Shown one piece after another: positions 1 to 13,278 of a stretch of DNA of 64,000 nucleotides. Position 1 is the first letter of the stretch; each line of letters starts with the position of its first letter. This DNA is from Eledone cirrhosa (lineage: Eukaryota). The translations under genes were made by a program, and so were the position numbers. The notes under the pieces were generated by a model. That model was not told the DNA's origin and searched no databases. It saw nothing but the letters and a program-made list of their open reading frames with translations. The DNA lies in the NCBI GenBank assembly GCA_964016885.1, contig OZ024743.1:36828001-36892000 (forward strand), in the 5' to 3' direction.

Positions 1-1597
1 ATATGATATATATATATGATATATGATATATATATATGATATATATATATATATGATATATATATATATATGATATATATATATATATATGATATATATA
101 TATATATGATATATATATATATATGATAATATATATATATATATGATATATATATATATATATGATATATATATATATATATGATATATATATATATGAT
201 ATATATATATATACGATATATATATATGATATATATGATATATATATATGATATATATATATATATGATATATATATATATGATATATATATATATATGA
301 TATATATATATATGATATATATATATATATGATAAATATATATATGATATATATATATGATATATATATATGATATATATATATATGATATATATATATA
401 TGATATATATATATATGATAATATATATATATGATATATATATATATGATATATATATATATGATATATATATATGATATATATATATATGATATATATA
501 TATATGATATATATATATATGATATATATATATGATATATATATATATGATATATATATATATGATATATATATATATGATATATATATATGATATATAT
601 ATATGATATATATATATATGATATATATATATGATATATATATATATGATATATATATATGATATATATATATATGATATATATATATGATATATATATA
701 TATGATATATATATATATGATATATATATATGATATATATATATATATGATATATGATATATATATATGATATATATATATATATGATATATATATATAT
801 ATGATATATATATATATGATATATATATATATGATATATATATATATGATATATATATATATGATATATATATATGATATATATATGATATATATATATA
901 TGATATATATATATATATATGATATATATATATATATATATGATATATATATATATATATATGATATATATATATATATATATGATATATATATATATAT
1001 ATATGATATATATATATATATATATGATATATATATATATATATATGATATATATATATCATATATATATATATATATCATATATATATATATATATCAT
1101 ATATATATATATATATCATATATATATATATATATCATATATTATATATATCATATATATATATATATATCATATATATATATATATATCATATATATAT
1201 ATATATATCATATATATATATATATATCATATATATATATATATATCATATATATATATATATGATATATATATATATATATCATATATATATATATATA
1301 TGATATATATATATATGATATATATATATATATATATATATATGATATATATATATATGATATATATATATATGATATATATATATATGATATATATATA
1401 TATGATATATATATGATTATATATATATGATATATATATGATATATATATATATGATATATATATGATATATATAATATATATGATATATATATGATATA
1501 TATAATATATATGATATATATATGATATATATATATATATGATATATATATATATATATATGATATATATATATATATGATATATATATCATATATT
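1..1597. repeat. (AT)n-TG compound microsatellite/satellite with an internally inverted block (~1060-1285)
   Basis: Units of (AT)n interrupted by G (…atatg…) switch to the reverse-complement form (…atatc…) at ~1060 and switch back at ~1263-1290. Confidence 0.95.
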
Positions 1598-1872
1598 ACC
1601 TTACCTTCTCGCTAACAACTCAACACCCCTCCTGCCCGCCCCCACGCACCACCATTATTATTCGTGGACCAATCATAAGGCAGAGGCCTATACTATTGCT
1701 TCCCTGGTTGCCTTTCGATATGACGGATGGATGGACTACGGAATTCTGGAGAGTTGAAGAGATAAAAATCTGGACGCTCAGCGACAATGCCAAATTTAAA
1801 GACAAATTCACCTCGTGGACGAGAATGCGAGCACTCCTCTTTGTTTCGGCCGCAGATGGCTAACATAACCCC
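1598..1872. repeat. Unclassified ~275-bp GC-richer sequence, copy 1 of a local direct duplication
   Basis: accttaccttctcgctaacaac…gatggctaacataacccc is repeated almost identically at 2162-2436. Confidence 0.85.
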
Positions 1873-2161
1873 ATGATATATATATGATATATATATATAT
1901 AACATAACCCCATGATATATATATGATATATATATATATATGATATATATATGATATATATATATATATGATATATATATATATATGATATATATATATA
2001 TATGATTCTATAGCATTTTCTCTTCCCTGATTCCAATCTTTGCTTCGCTACTCGCTATTCTATCGTATTTCCAAAACAAATCCTCCTGTATTTTTGTCGT
2101 ATTTTCCAAAACAAATCTTGTATTTTTGTTATCGCTTGTTAAATACGAGGATCTTACTTAA

Positions 2162-2436
2162 ACCTTACCTTCTCGCTAACAACTCAACACCCCTCCTGCC
2201 CGCCCCCACGCACCACCATTATTATTCAGGAACCAATCATAAGGCAGAGGCCTATACTATTGCTTACCTGGTTGCCTTTCGATATGACGGATGGATGGAC
2301 TACGGAATTCTGGAGAGTTGAAGAGATAAAAATCTGGACGCTCAGCGACAATGCCAAATTTAAAGACAAATTCACCTCGTGGACGAGAATGCGAGCACTC
2401 CTCTTTGTTTCAGCCGCAGATGGCTAACATAACCCC
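2162..2436. repeat. Unclassified ~275-bp sequence, copy 2, abutting the 5' truncation point of an RTE
   Basis: Near-identical to 1598-1872. RTE-like sequence (…IIIAGDLNGHVG) begins directly after it. Confidence 0.85.
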
Positions 2437-5400
2437 TCCCAAATAACCGACAGTGACTATATAATTATTGCAGGCGACCTAAATGGTCACGTTGGACAAC
2501 ATTGTGACGGCTACGACGAAATCCATGGAGGCTATGGGTTTGGTACTAGAAATGAGGAAGGCTCCAGAATCCTGGAATTCTGTGACGCAAATAACCTAAC
2601 TATCTGTAACACTAACTTCAAAAAACGTGACAATCACCTGATCACCTGTAGATCGGGGGAACACACAAGCCAGGTAGATTATATCCTTACCAGAAGACGT
2701 GACTGAGTGTCTGTTGTAAACACTAAATCCCTCCCCCATGAAGAATGCACCTCCCAACATAGACTGATAATTAGCGACCTAATAGTCAGGACGAGACGTA
2801 CTAGACAACAGAAGAGGACTATCCTCAGGAGAAAAATATGGAAGCTAAAGGATCCCACAGCCAGAAATAAATTTAAAAGCATACTACTTGATGCTTTCGA
2901 CAGTAAGGAAGAGCAATTAGAGTCGTACAATATAGAGGAGCAGTGGGAATTCCTGAAAGCAAACCTGCTGATGGCGGCAGACAAAGTCTGTGGCTGGAGC
3001 AGGCCTGTAGGCAGGAGGAGAGTACCATGGTGGTGGAACAGTAAGGTGGAGGGGTCAATTAAGGCCAAAAAGCAGGCTTGGAAAGTATGGCGGGGTGGGG
3101 GAAGTAGAGAAGACTATCAAGTGGCCAGGAGGGAAGCTAGGAGACAAGTGTACTTCGCAAGAAGGGAAGCAGAGGAAAGAAAGTTCAAGCATGTTCTACA
3201 ACGCGAGGACCAAAAACGTGAGGTGTTCAGGATTGCTAGGCAATGTGTCAAGGAAAACCGTGATATTGTCGGGGAGAAGTGTGTACTTAATGATGACGGC
3301 GTACTTGCCATCACCAACGCTGATAAGAAGGTAGCTTGGAAGTGTCACTATGAAAGGCTACTAAATGAGGAGAATAAATGGGAGAAAGACAGTCTCCCCC
3401 ACATCGACCCAATAGAGGGACCAGCAGTGTTAGTTGAAGGTTAGTATAATAAGTAAGGCAATCAAAGATATGAAGACGGGTAAGGCGGCTGGGCCTTCGG
3501 AAATAGTTGGCGAGATGCTGAAGGCATCTGGTACGGTGGGACACACCATGGTCACCCGGATAGTTAACCAAGTCGTACAGAATGAGGTTGTTCCGAAGGA
3601 CTGGCATAGCAGCATCATCGTTAACTGTTATAAGGGTAAAGGAGATGCCCTAGATAGGAGTAACTATAGAGGCATTAAATTAATCGACCAGGTCATGAAG
3701 GTCACGGAAAAAGTAATAGCGCAACTAATCAGAGAGAGAATTGATCTAGATGAAATGCAGTTCGGGTTTGTGTCAGGCAAAAGTACCACAGACGCTCTTT
3801 TCATTGTACGACAACTACAGGAGAAGTACCTAGCTAAAAGTAAACCCCTATACTTAGCTTTTGTCGACTTGGAGAAAGCCTTCGACAGAGTCCCCCGTTC
3901 CATTATCTGGTGGGCTCTTAGAAAACTAGGTGTTGACGAATGGCTTGTGAGAGCTATACAAGCCATGTAAAAAGAAACAGTCAGCAAGGTTAGAATTAAC
4001 AACGAATATAGTGAAGAGTTTAGCGTAAAAGTTGGCGTCCATCAGGGCTCTGTTCTCAGCCCCCTACTATTTATTATTGCCCTTCAGGCTATAACAGAGG
4101 AGTTCAAGACCGGCTGCCCATGGGAACTCCTATACGCAGATGACCTGACACTCATAGCTGAATCAATGGCCGAGCTACAGAAGAAATTCCGAACATGGAA
4201 GCACGGCCTAGAATCAAAAGGCCTTAAAATTAACCTGGCTAAGACTAAAGTTCTAGTTTGTAAGAAAGAAAATAAGGCGGCGGTCCCTTCCGGGAAGTGG
4301 CCATGCTCAGTGTGTAGGAAAGGCGTAGGTAGAAACTCCATTTTATGTCCCAAATGCAAAGTATGGGTGCATAAAAGATGTAGTGGGATCACAGGTAAGC
4401 TAACTAAGAACACAGATTTTACATGTGGCCGGTGCTCTGGTGCAATAAGTAGCAGCAAGTGCCCATAAAATACTAGCTCTTTCAACTGCGCAGAGGGTTC
4501 TATAGAAATAGTGGACAGCTTCCGTTACCTGGGTGACAAAATCACCAGTGGGGGGAGGTGCTCTGAAAGTAAAGTAGCTCGAGTCAGAACTGGATGGAAA
4601 AAGTTCAGAGAGCTTATACCACTATTAGCCACTAAAGGATTCTCCCTAAAAATGAAAGGCAGGTTGTATGATGCCTGCATACGAACAGCAATGTTGCATG
4701 GCAGTGAGACCTGGGCATTGTGTGCAGAGGATATACGCAGACTAGAGAGGAACGAAGCTTGCATGCTCCGCTGGATGTGTAATAGTAATATACGTGAACG
4801 GCAAAGCATAAACGAACTAAGGAAAAATTTAGAAATAAGAGGGATCAAATGTTGTTTACTCGAGAGAAGGCTACGTTGGTATGGTCACATGATGCGCATG
4901 AAAGACGACAGCTGTATAACAAAGTGAAGGGCAATAAAGATAGACGGTAGGCAGACCCAGAAAGACCTGGGACAAGCTGATAAATTCCGACCTCACACAC
5001 TTACACCTCTCCAAGACAATGTCACTGGACCGAGACCTTTGGCGGTACTCAGTAATAGAGAAGACCCGCCTTACCTAAATACAAAGTAAAACCTACTACA
5101 GTCAGTAGGCATCTCTAACAAAATACACCCCCGTCCCACCACCCCCACCCCATCCACACCGCCCCTTTCAATATAAAGTTATGTTGGTGCCACAACATCC
5201 AGGCCGAAACAAATGAGATTGTGTAGGTGTCACGACAAAAAACACACAGTCCACGCTGTAATGTGGCCGTGTAGGCAACACGGCAAAAACCTCCCAGCCC
5301 CACACTGTAAATGTGGTTGGTGTGAGGAAGGGCATCCAGCTGTAGAAAACCCGCCAGATAGTCCTATGCGAGCAAGATAATCACTCTTGCCTCAAGTGGG

Positions 5401-5460
5401 AAAACCCCCGTCCAAACCCATGCAAGCGTGGAACACGGACGTTAAACGTTGATGATGATG
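2437..5460 (+). mobile_element. RTE-clade LINE, family A (PHD-containing), 5'-truncated and disrupted by stops/frameshift
   Basis: APE motif GDLNGHVG; RT motifs FVDLEKAFDRV, QGSVLSP, LLYADDL; PHD-like CSVC…CPKC…H..C…CGRC; in-frame stops near 2704, 3968, 4466 and 4925; 3' UTR ending in (GAT)n at ~5450-5460. Confidence 0.95.
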
Positions 5461-5760
5461 ATATACATATAAATATACATATAGATATTTATACATATAA
5501 ATATACATATAGATAAATAGATATTCATATAAATATACATATAGATATATATATATTCATATAAATATACATATATTCATATAAATATACATATATTCAT
5601 ATAAATATACATATATTCATATAAATATACATATATTCATATAAATATACATATATTCATATAAATATACATATATTCATATAAATATACATATAGATAT
5701 ATATATATTCATATAAATATACATATAGATATATATATATTCATATATATATCTATAGAT
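5461..5760. repeat. 20-bp AT-rich minisatellite (atatattcatataaatatac)n
   Basis: Direct tandem copies visible. Confidence 0.9.
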
Positions 5761-5856
5761 AGATAAATAAATAAATAAATAGATAGACATATTTTTTTTT
5801 CAAATGATGAAGTTTCGTTTACATGCATTTAGGTTTTTATTTTTTATCACACGTTT

Positions 5857-6035
5857 CATAGAGGTTTGCCTCAAGGTCATCCATAGAAGTTATGGACTTG
5901 ACTCCAGTATCCATCTCCTCGTCAAACTGGTGATTCAACAATAAAAATACAGCGTTGAATCACAAGTCTAATGAACAGATTGATACTGAAGTAGGTCCAT
6001 AACTTCTATAGGTGACCTTGAACCATTCCTCTGTG
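5857..6035. repeat. Imperfect ~170-bp hairpin/inverted repeat (MITE-like)
   Basis: tcaaggtcatccatagaagttatggac… pairs with …gtccataacttctataggtgaccttga; inner stem gtgattcaac/gttgaatcac. Confidence 0.8.
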
Positions 6036-6714
6036 GAATGAATACACGTTACAGGTTGATACACAATAAAAACTTAAATACATATAAATGAAACTTCATC
6101 GCTTTTCTTAATATATACACTCTAGCCATGCATTGAGTGTTCCTCTTGGTACCATAAGCAGATATACACTGGATCACACACACTAGAGAGAGAGAGAGGA
6201 GGGGACAGAGAAATAGAGACAACAACAAACAGTGTCTGTTGCTGGTATATCAAATTTGATCTCAGAGATTTAAAGACAGAAAGCAAGAACAAATGCCAAC
6301 AATATAATGAATGCACCAATTCTATACATGATCAACAAAAATGACCAAGGCATAGTTGAAAAAGGATGTATGTCTTAGAACAAATAAACAAAAAATCACA
6401 GAGATACATATCAGCCAATGGAAGCCAAGCTTTATAGTTTATAAAAAAAAAAAAAAAATAAAAAACATAAAAACATAAAATAGGGAAATAAAAACATTCA
6501 AATATTGATATGACTACTGTGTTCAGCCTTGCATTATATATATATCATTTCATTTTTACGTCCACCTTTCTCTGCTTGCAAGGGGGGGACGGGAACTGAT
6601 TCTAGCTTGATTTCTACAGCTGGATGCCCTTCCTAACACCAACGTCATTTCATTTACAGTGAGTGCTGGGTGCTTTTATGTCGTGGGACCTCCACGACCA
6701 CTTTGCAGTGGAAT

Positions 6715-6878
6715 GATAGGGACACCAGTCCCTATCATCTCATTTCTACAGCTGAGTAGACTGGAGCAATGTGAAATAAAGTGTCTTGCTCAAGGAAACA
6801 ACACATCACCCGGTCCGAGAATTGAACTCACAACATTTCGATTGCAAAGCCAATGCTCTAACCACTAAGCCATGTGCC

Positions 6879-6882
<4 letters not shown>
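6715..6882 (-). mobile_element. tRNA-derived SINE family S2 (CORE-like)
   Basis: Minus strand reads tggcttagtggttagagc (A box) … gagttcaattc (B box) … ccttgagcaagacactttatttcacattgctccag. Further copies elsewhere in the window. Confidence 0.8.
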
Positions 6883-6911
<29 letters not shown>

Positions 6912-6913
<2 letters not shown>

Positions 6914-7079
6914 TGTAAATGTGGTTGGTGTTAGGAAGGGCATCCAACCGTAGAAAACCTGCCAGATAGTCCTATATGAGCGAGACACGGTCACCCGACC
7001 AACCTTGCCTCAAGTAGGACAACTCCCGTCTAATCCATGCTAGCGTGGAAGATGGACGTTAAATGAAGATGATGATGAT
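6912..7079 (+). mobile_element. Isolated RTE family A 3' tail fragment
   Basis: ctgtaaatgtggttggtgttaggaagggcatcc…ccatgctagcgtggaagatggacgttaaa(gat)n matches the 3' UTR of the RTEs at 5300-5460 and 16900-17080. Confidence 0.85.
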
Positions 7080-7479
7080 ATGCCAGCTCTTGCACTGTAT
7101 GTACATGCATTCAATGCAACAGAAGCATTTCTATATGATGCATTTACTAGCTTGAATTCTAGCCGGTGCTATGGACAAAGTTTGTCTCTTTACTGAGAGA
7201 ACGAATAACCAAAGAAGTAAAATTAGCCAGGGATGCCTTCTATATGGAAAATAATTTGTTTGTTGATGCTAGTATAATATAATGAGTAAGTAATTTTTAG
7301 TCTATAAAATTACACCCCGTAGTGATAAGAAATAATTAACTTAATAATTCTTGTCCCGTTCTACCCATGCCTGCAAGGAAAAGTAGACGTAAAATGAGGA
7401 TGGTGATGATGATTGCTAAAAATCAGATTGAATTTCCACTGCATGCTCATTTTCAATTTATAATTTAAATTCATAAAGA

Positions 7480-7670
7480 AATAATTGTTTCTACTTTAGG
7501 CACAAGGCCAGCAATTACCCAGTGCATTACTGGTACTTTATTTTATCGACCCCGTAAGGATGAAAGGCAAAGTTAACCTCGGCGGGATTTGAACTCAGAT
7601 CGTAAAGGGACGTAACTATGCTAGAAAGCATGGCGTCCGACACTCTACCGATACTGCCAATCCACCGCCC
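7480..7670 (-). mobile_element. tRNA-derived SINE family S1, well-preserved copy
   Basis: Minus strand: tggcagtatcggtagag (A box), gagttcaaatcccgccgagg (B box), gcctttcatccttacggggtcgataaaataaagtaccag, tail ggccttgtgcctaaagtagaaacaattatt. More than 10 copies in the window. Confidence 0.85.
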
Positions 7671-7989
7671 TTTTTCATAAAGAATTCATAAAGAAATAAT
7701 TATTTATATTCTGAGTTGTTGCCCTTACTTGGTTCCCGTCCCAAATTTTTTAACTTTCAGATTTCTGCTTTTCGGAGTTGTCTCCCCTGTCTCATGATTG
7801 TTTCTCAGAATAATTCATCACAATTATTTTCATTCAACGTACGTTTCTCCTGCTAGCAAGAGTTGAATAAATCGTTACTGACTTGACTGTTAAACCTTAA
7901 TGACTAAAATGAGGTTTAAGAATTGCTTTGGGTGTGTTTTATGGGTCTTTAACTAATTTGAGTCTTTTCAGTACATCCAGTATTGAGAG

Positions 7990-8200
7990 GCTCATTCCAT
8001 ATCTTTTTTAACCTAGCAAAGACCAAAGTTTTAGTAAGTAGGAAAGAGGATAGGACTCTACTACCACCAGGGAAATGGCTGTGTTCGGTATACAGAACTC
8101 TTAACAGTATACTCGGCGTCGGCAATGGATGCACAAGATGTGTGATAGGATCGCAGATAGGTTAACAGAGAAGGTAGCCTTCATACGACAAATGCAGTAG
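7990..8200 (+). mobile_element. Degenerate RTE family A internal fragment
   Basis: NLAKTKVLVSRKEDRTLLPPGKWLCSVYR aligns by eye to the RT/PHD junction of the 13.3-kb element. Confidence 0.75.
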
Positions 8201-10677
8201 CCATATGTTTCCACAAGTGCCTGTTTAGCAACTACCAAGTCCTGAACAGCTTCCTGCTCCATAAAATACAGGTGGTGTATATGAACCTACTCTTAACTTT
8301 ACTAACTTTTAATATTGACTGCTTAATTCCCTGATCCCGAGAAAGATGAAATGTAAAGTCAATATTAGTGGGATTTGAATTCAGAATGCAAAGGCCCATA
8401 GCCAAATAACAATTAGACGAATGCTCTAATAATCCTGACAATATACCCTTAAGCCATAGTATTTGTCATTTCCCTTATTACTAAGTGGTTCAAAAAGGTA
8501 GTTGGAAGATTTTAATTGTGATTGAGAAACGTGTGAAAACAGAAAATTTGAGAAGATGAAATTCCTTATGTCCCTTAATACTATAGATGTGATGTTCAAA
8601 AGTAGTTGGAAGGTGTAGAAAGTGTCCGAGGAAACTGAAGAAGACAATTTGGAAGATGAATGTTCTTATTCTTTATGTCTAAGTATATTAGAATATAGAG
8701 GTGGCCGAGTGTATATAACAACATCTTTTGGCTGGAAATTGCAAACCTGCCAACCTCTAAAACCTCAAACAGGGAGTGCCATGAAAAGAAGTGGAAAAAT
8801 GAGGCAAAATGGGGAGATAATGAAAGCTATATTAATTTTCACAAGAGAAGACATCTCTCACCCACTTTGGGGTGGGTGAGAGATCTTGTTGGACAGGGAG
8901 TGTCGACAGTTCTGAAATTGTGAAAAATGTTTCTTTTAGCCAGTTATTTGGGAATATGATGTAAAGCCAGCAGTCTAATTTGAACTCCTAGTCTTCAGGA
9001 GTTAGCTAATCTTAAAGTTTTTAACCAGACTTGCAGCATTTGGTACTTTTGTAGACTCATCCATATTGTGGAGACATGATAATTGTGTGTATTACAGATT
9101 TACTTCATAAAGTAAAACCACTTTTCATTTCAATCATAAACATAAATACTGCTTCCTGTAACACAGGAGAGGAAGTTGATCAAATACCAGGCATTAACAG
9201 ATTCCATTTTCTGCTAGTCACCCTGGAAACCTCTGGTCTCCTTGGTCATTCCCTGGATTGTTGTTTTCCTTTGTAGAAAAGATATGTAGAGCATCATGTC
9301 TGAAGAAAGACCTCTACAGGGTGAAATGGTAGATACAGTAAATATTGCTTGGTGTTTTCAGGGGAAACAATTTTTGCATCTTGCCAGCAGTTATGCTGAC
9401 CAAATATGAATGCTAGATATGTAACTTATTATAAACATATTTAACATACAGAATATTAAAAATCTATCAGTTCTAATGATAACTTCTCCATTTGTAAAAT
9501 TAATGTACAAGAGGCTGAACATTCCACATTATCCATCACCAATATATAATTCTCAGGGAGATCCAGCATGACAGTGTGTCTCAAAGCCGGCCCTCTGAAT
9601 CACATGTATAACTCATTTTAAATAAACAGTTGCTGAACAACAAATAAACAGTGTCAAATAACATTTTTCTGACAAGTACAGCAGACAATGCCAGGCTTAA
9701 AAACTATTCAAGTCAGTAAGGAAGCCTCTAAGTTGTTATTTGAAATGCAATGCATAGCAGCCAAATCTCTCTCAAATGACACACTGCCACAGCCACAATA
9801 ACAAACGAAGGACTCCTTAAATAATGAAGTTTCAGACACACCTAAAAGGAAGGGGTAGGCATGGTTGTCATCCCTTTGATAATAAGGTTGGTGTTGGGCT
9901 CATGATTATGAGATCAGGGGGTTTGATTCCTAGACTAGAAGGCACATTGTAACAAACAATACACTTCAATTTAACATTGCTTCAGTCAACTTAACTGAAA
10001 ATGAGTTTCAATAGAAGCTGATCGTTAACTGGCACCCCATTTTATACTCTCAGTCACTTAAGGATAAGTTCCAGCATGATGAACCTCTAGGTTGAAGACT
10101 TTAATCTTAAACGTTATTTAAAGGACAACTACAATTGTATTTTTTATTACAAGGTGGAGTAAACTGAATGTGGTGATTATCATACATTTCCTCCCTAAAT
10201 GACACAGCAACAACTAAGAACTGAAAGTGGATAACAGACATTGAAAGATTGCTTTATTCTATTAGTCATTGCTATCATATTTCAACTGTTAGAATGTAAA
10301 GCTGATTCTGGTATTTTTCTTTTTTTAGATCCTTCAGCTCTTATGATAGTTCCAGTTATGATAATAAAAGTCATATTTATGATAGTAAAACAAGTTATGA
10401 CAAATTGTAATAGCTAAGGTTGTTTTACTAGATATTAAATGTTTTCATCAAGTTTGTAATTTGTTTTAATATTAAATAAGAAATGTTAGCTTAAGTAGTG
10501 AAATTATGATCAAGAAAGAAAAGATATTTTTCAATATGATTAATTAAAATGATGAAATGACCAATGTTGAGTTGTGAGTAAATGTACAAAACTAGGCAAA
10601 ATTGTGCATGCTTCTCAATGTAGCCATTCCAGCAAATGAAAAGTTACAGCTGTAAGTTGAAACTACAAATAACTTAC

Positions 10678-10689
10678 CTCACTGAATTA
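10678..10689 (-). CDS. Candidate 12-nt in-frame microexon of the galectin gene (CRD2)
   Basis: Minus strand tttatctttttgcag|TAATTCAGTGAG|gtaagtt. In phase 2 (after the exon ending …GAT AG) it reads S-N-S-V-R/S with no stop. Confidence 0.4.
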
Positions 10690-11897
10690 CTGCAAAAAGA
10701 TAAATTTACACAAAGTAAAATAAACTTTTAAAATATATGAATACTAATCATGATTTCTCATATTAGCACAGGACCACAAAATCTGAAATAGAGTTATAGT
10801 TCCTCAAACTGACATTAGTATATTACTAGTTGTGTGTTGTGATGGGTATTGTGATGTGACAGTGTGAAATTGGAAGTATTAGATGCTTCTCACTTTCAGC
10901 TAACTCTGGAGGATCCTTGTGAAAAATGTGCTGATTGGGTAAGTCTGTCCTGCTAGTACACATAGCCTTCCAAACATCAACTCTGCTATAGTGCTTCCCA
11001 GTGGTAACAAATGGTAACTATATTTCCACAGGAAAATGCAGAACCTACATTGGCTATTGAGGTAAATAGACTCCCAGACATGAGCCATGCAGGCCCATCC
11101 GCATGTACCACATGAGCTAGTCTCCCAGCTATAGGTAAATAGCACCTTTGCTACAAAGGTCAGTCAGCTTGATAAAGCAAGAGACTAGATGGTAACTCCA
11201 AAAAGAAACCCATCACTCCCAAGCAGAGTCATTAGAAAACAATCAAGCATTTCGAGGGGTTTAGTCATATAATGTCTTCATCTTAAGTTGATATTTGAAA
11301 TAACAAAATTGTTTCATAAAATTATGCTATAAGGTATAATTTTAAATGTAAGCACACTATAAAACAATAGGTACTGTATTATAATAAAACAAGGAGCAGT
11401 TTAAGGTGGTTTGGTATCAAAATGATACTCTTTTGGTACCAAACCCCCTGAAATTCCCCTTGGTTTTATGACACAAAACTATTTACTTTAAGATATTTAT
11501 ATTTATTTAAAACCTATTCATCAGTATTTTATGTAAGAAACTTTGTAAAATGATGCTCTAAACATCAGCTTAATAATGGGAAAGTTAGTTATTACTGAAT
11601 CCCTCTAAATTTTTGATTACTTTCAAAATGATTAGAAGATAACAGGAAGTGATTTTCATTAGAAATATGTTAACAAAAGGGCTAAATGGTTTTCTCTGAG
11701 ACACTTGCCAGAGACTGATTTTGACACCATATAAACTGTTGACTTTTTAGTGAACAGGTCAACATACTATCTAGTCAGACAGCTGAGGTTATCATACAAA
11801 ATACCAGAAATTGACTTGAAATGTCATCTATCAAAATATAAATAAATGCAAATATATATAAATAAACATTTTTTTAAATGAGTAGATTGAATAAAAA

Positions 11898-12233
11898 AAG
11901 GTAAAGACCTGCTTCAGTCACGAATAGCCATGGGATTTGCACCTAGAAAGTTCCCCTCCAATGCACAAGTCCAGGCAAAGTTATTTGTGGAAGACCAGCA
12001 GTCGCCCATGCATACCAGTCTCCCCTCTCCATGCCACCGATGTTGTCCAAGAGAAAGGCAAATACAGCTTGGCAAAAGTGACGTTGCAACTCATTTCTAC
12101 AGCTGAGTGAACTGGAGCAATGTGAAATAAAGTGACTTGCTCAAGGACACAACACAGAGCCCGATCCGAGAATCAAACTTACAACCTCACGATTGTAAGC
12201 ACGACACTCAAACCACAAAGCCATGTGCCTTCA
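11898..12233 (-). mobile_element. SINE family S2, full-length form with long tail
   Basis: Same head/core as 6715-6882; tail shared with 29580-29915. Confidence 0.8.
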
Positions 12234-12620
12234 CTAGATTGAATAAACAAGTAAAAAGAGATCCTTATCTGGAAGGTATAAACATGAATTTACACAGTTC
12301 AAACAGTAAAAGTATGTTGTATCATTTTGTCATTCAAATGCATTTTCAGAAATATACAAACTATATATTGTGTATGGTTGTGTATATGTCATAGATTTTT
12401 GTGAGAAACCAGCATGAAACTTAACCGGACTTACAAAACTTCAGCATTTTGAGAAATAGAAAATACATACCATATATATACTTAAAAATATATGGTACAT
12501 TGTAAATGTTGTATGTAAAAAGGAGGTACATCTCTACTGATACAACTTATGCATGGTAATAAACTTCTTTGAATGTCCTCCTATCAAAAGAACTTGAATA
12601 GTTTTAAATGTTATGCATAC

Positions 12621-12709
12621 CTATCATTGTCAAATGTTGGGACTCCTTTGATTTCAATAGCTTTACCAATAGATAAACCATGAGGTATATGACCAACATA
12701 TGGCATTGT
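12621..12709 (-). CDS. Galectin exon: start of second carbohydrate-recognition domain (TMPYVGHIPHGLSIGKAIEIKGVPTFDND-)
   Basis: ttccttctttccag|ACA ATG CCA TAT…GAT AG|gtatgc; 89 nt, phase 0 to 2, same length and phases as the CRD1 exon at 26663-26751; PY…G-L…G…I-x-I-x-G pattern. Confidence 0.9.
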
Positions 12710-13034
12710 CTGGAAAGAAGGAAAGAAGATAAAAAAAAGTATATGATATACACAATAAAGAATTTAAGAAAGAAATGAATTTACTGCTGAATTTACTTTA
12801 TGCTTTAATTCAATTGTATGAAAAGAAAAAATTATTTTTAGTGTCATGTGGGTGGAAAGATAGAAAGAGTTGAATGTCAGACTAAATATCTAAGTACATA
12901 TTTATTATGAAATTAATAACGTTAACATAATGTAAACATAAAAATCCAATTAGAAACACGTATGTGGTGAGGAAAAAGCAGCATCAGTGCAATGATTAAT
13001 ATTTGAATAATTATGGCAAGTACAGGAGACAAGT

Positions 13035-13260
13035 CTGTTGCCAACAACAACCCTGACCATCTTTTTGAATTCCATGTGTCTAACACCTGTGGGCATGCTT
13101 ACAAAGTCAGAAAACAGCACAGCTCCCATGATATTTGGAAACATTCGTTCATGCTCAGAGTTACTGAAGCATGGAACAAACTACCTGCATCATTTGTTAG
13201 TTGTCAGGACATTGCATCCTTCAAAATTTCCATGCTTACTGAAATTCACCAACACTAGTC
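13035..13260 (+). mobile_element. CR1/L2-type LINE 3'-end fragment
   Basis: NTCGHAYKVRKQH…WKHSFMLRVTEAWNKLPASFVSCQDIASFK resembles the C-terminal T-R-G-H…F-S-x-R-V…W-N-x-L-P…S-F-K motif of CR1-group ORF2. Confidence 0.75.
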
Positions 13261-13278
13261 ACTAGTCACCAAGACTAA

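Noticed and set aside
801-1592. Ile/Tyr-repeat ORFs
   Set aside because: Translations of (AT)n satellite. The same applies to ORFs at 54031-54652, 60457-61302 and 62345-62649.
7590-7670. tRNA-like A/B boxes
   Set aside because: Heads of SINEs, attached to the shared core and tail in many copies; no full cloverleaf seen.
8460-9240. Possible further galectin exon or LINE endonuclease remnant on the minus strand
   Set aside because: No HFNPR-like motif or sustained frame; too degenerate to call. I found no CRD2 core exon between 1 and 12620.
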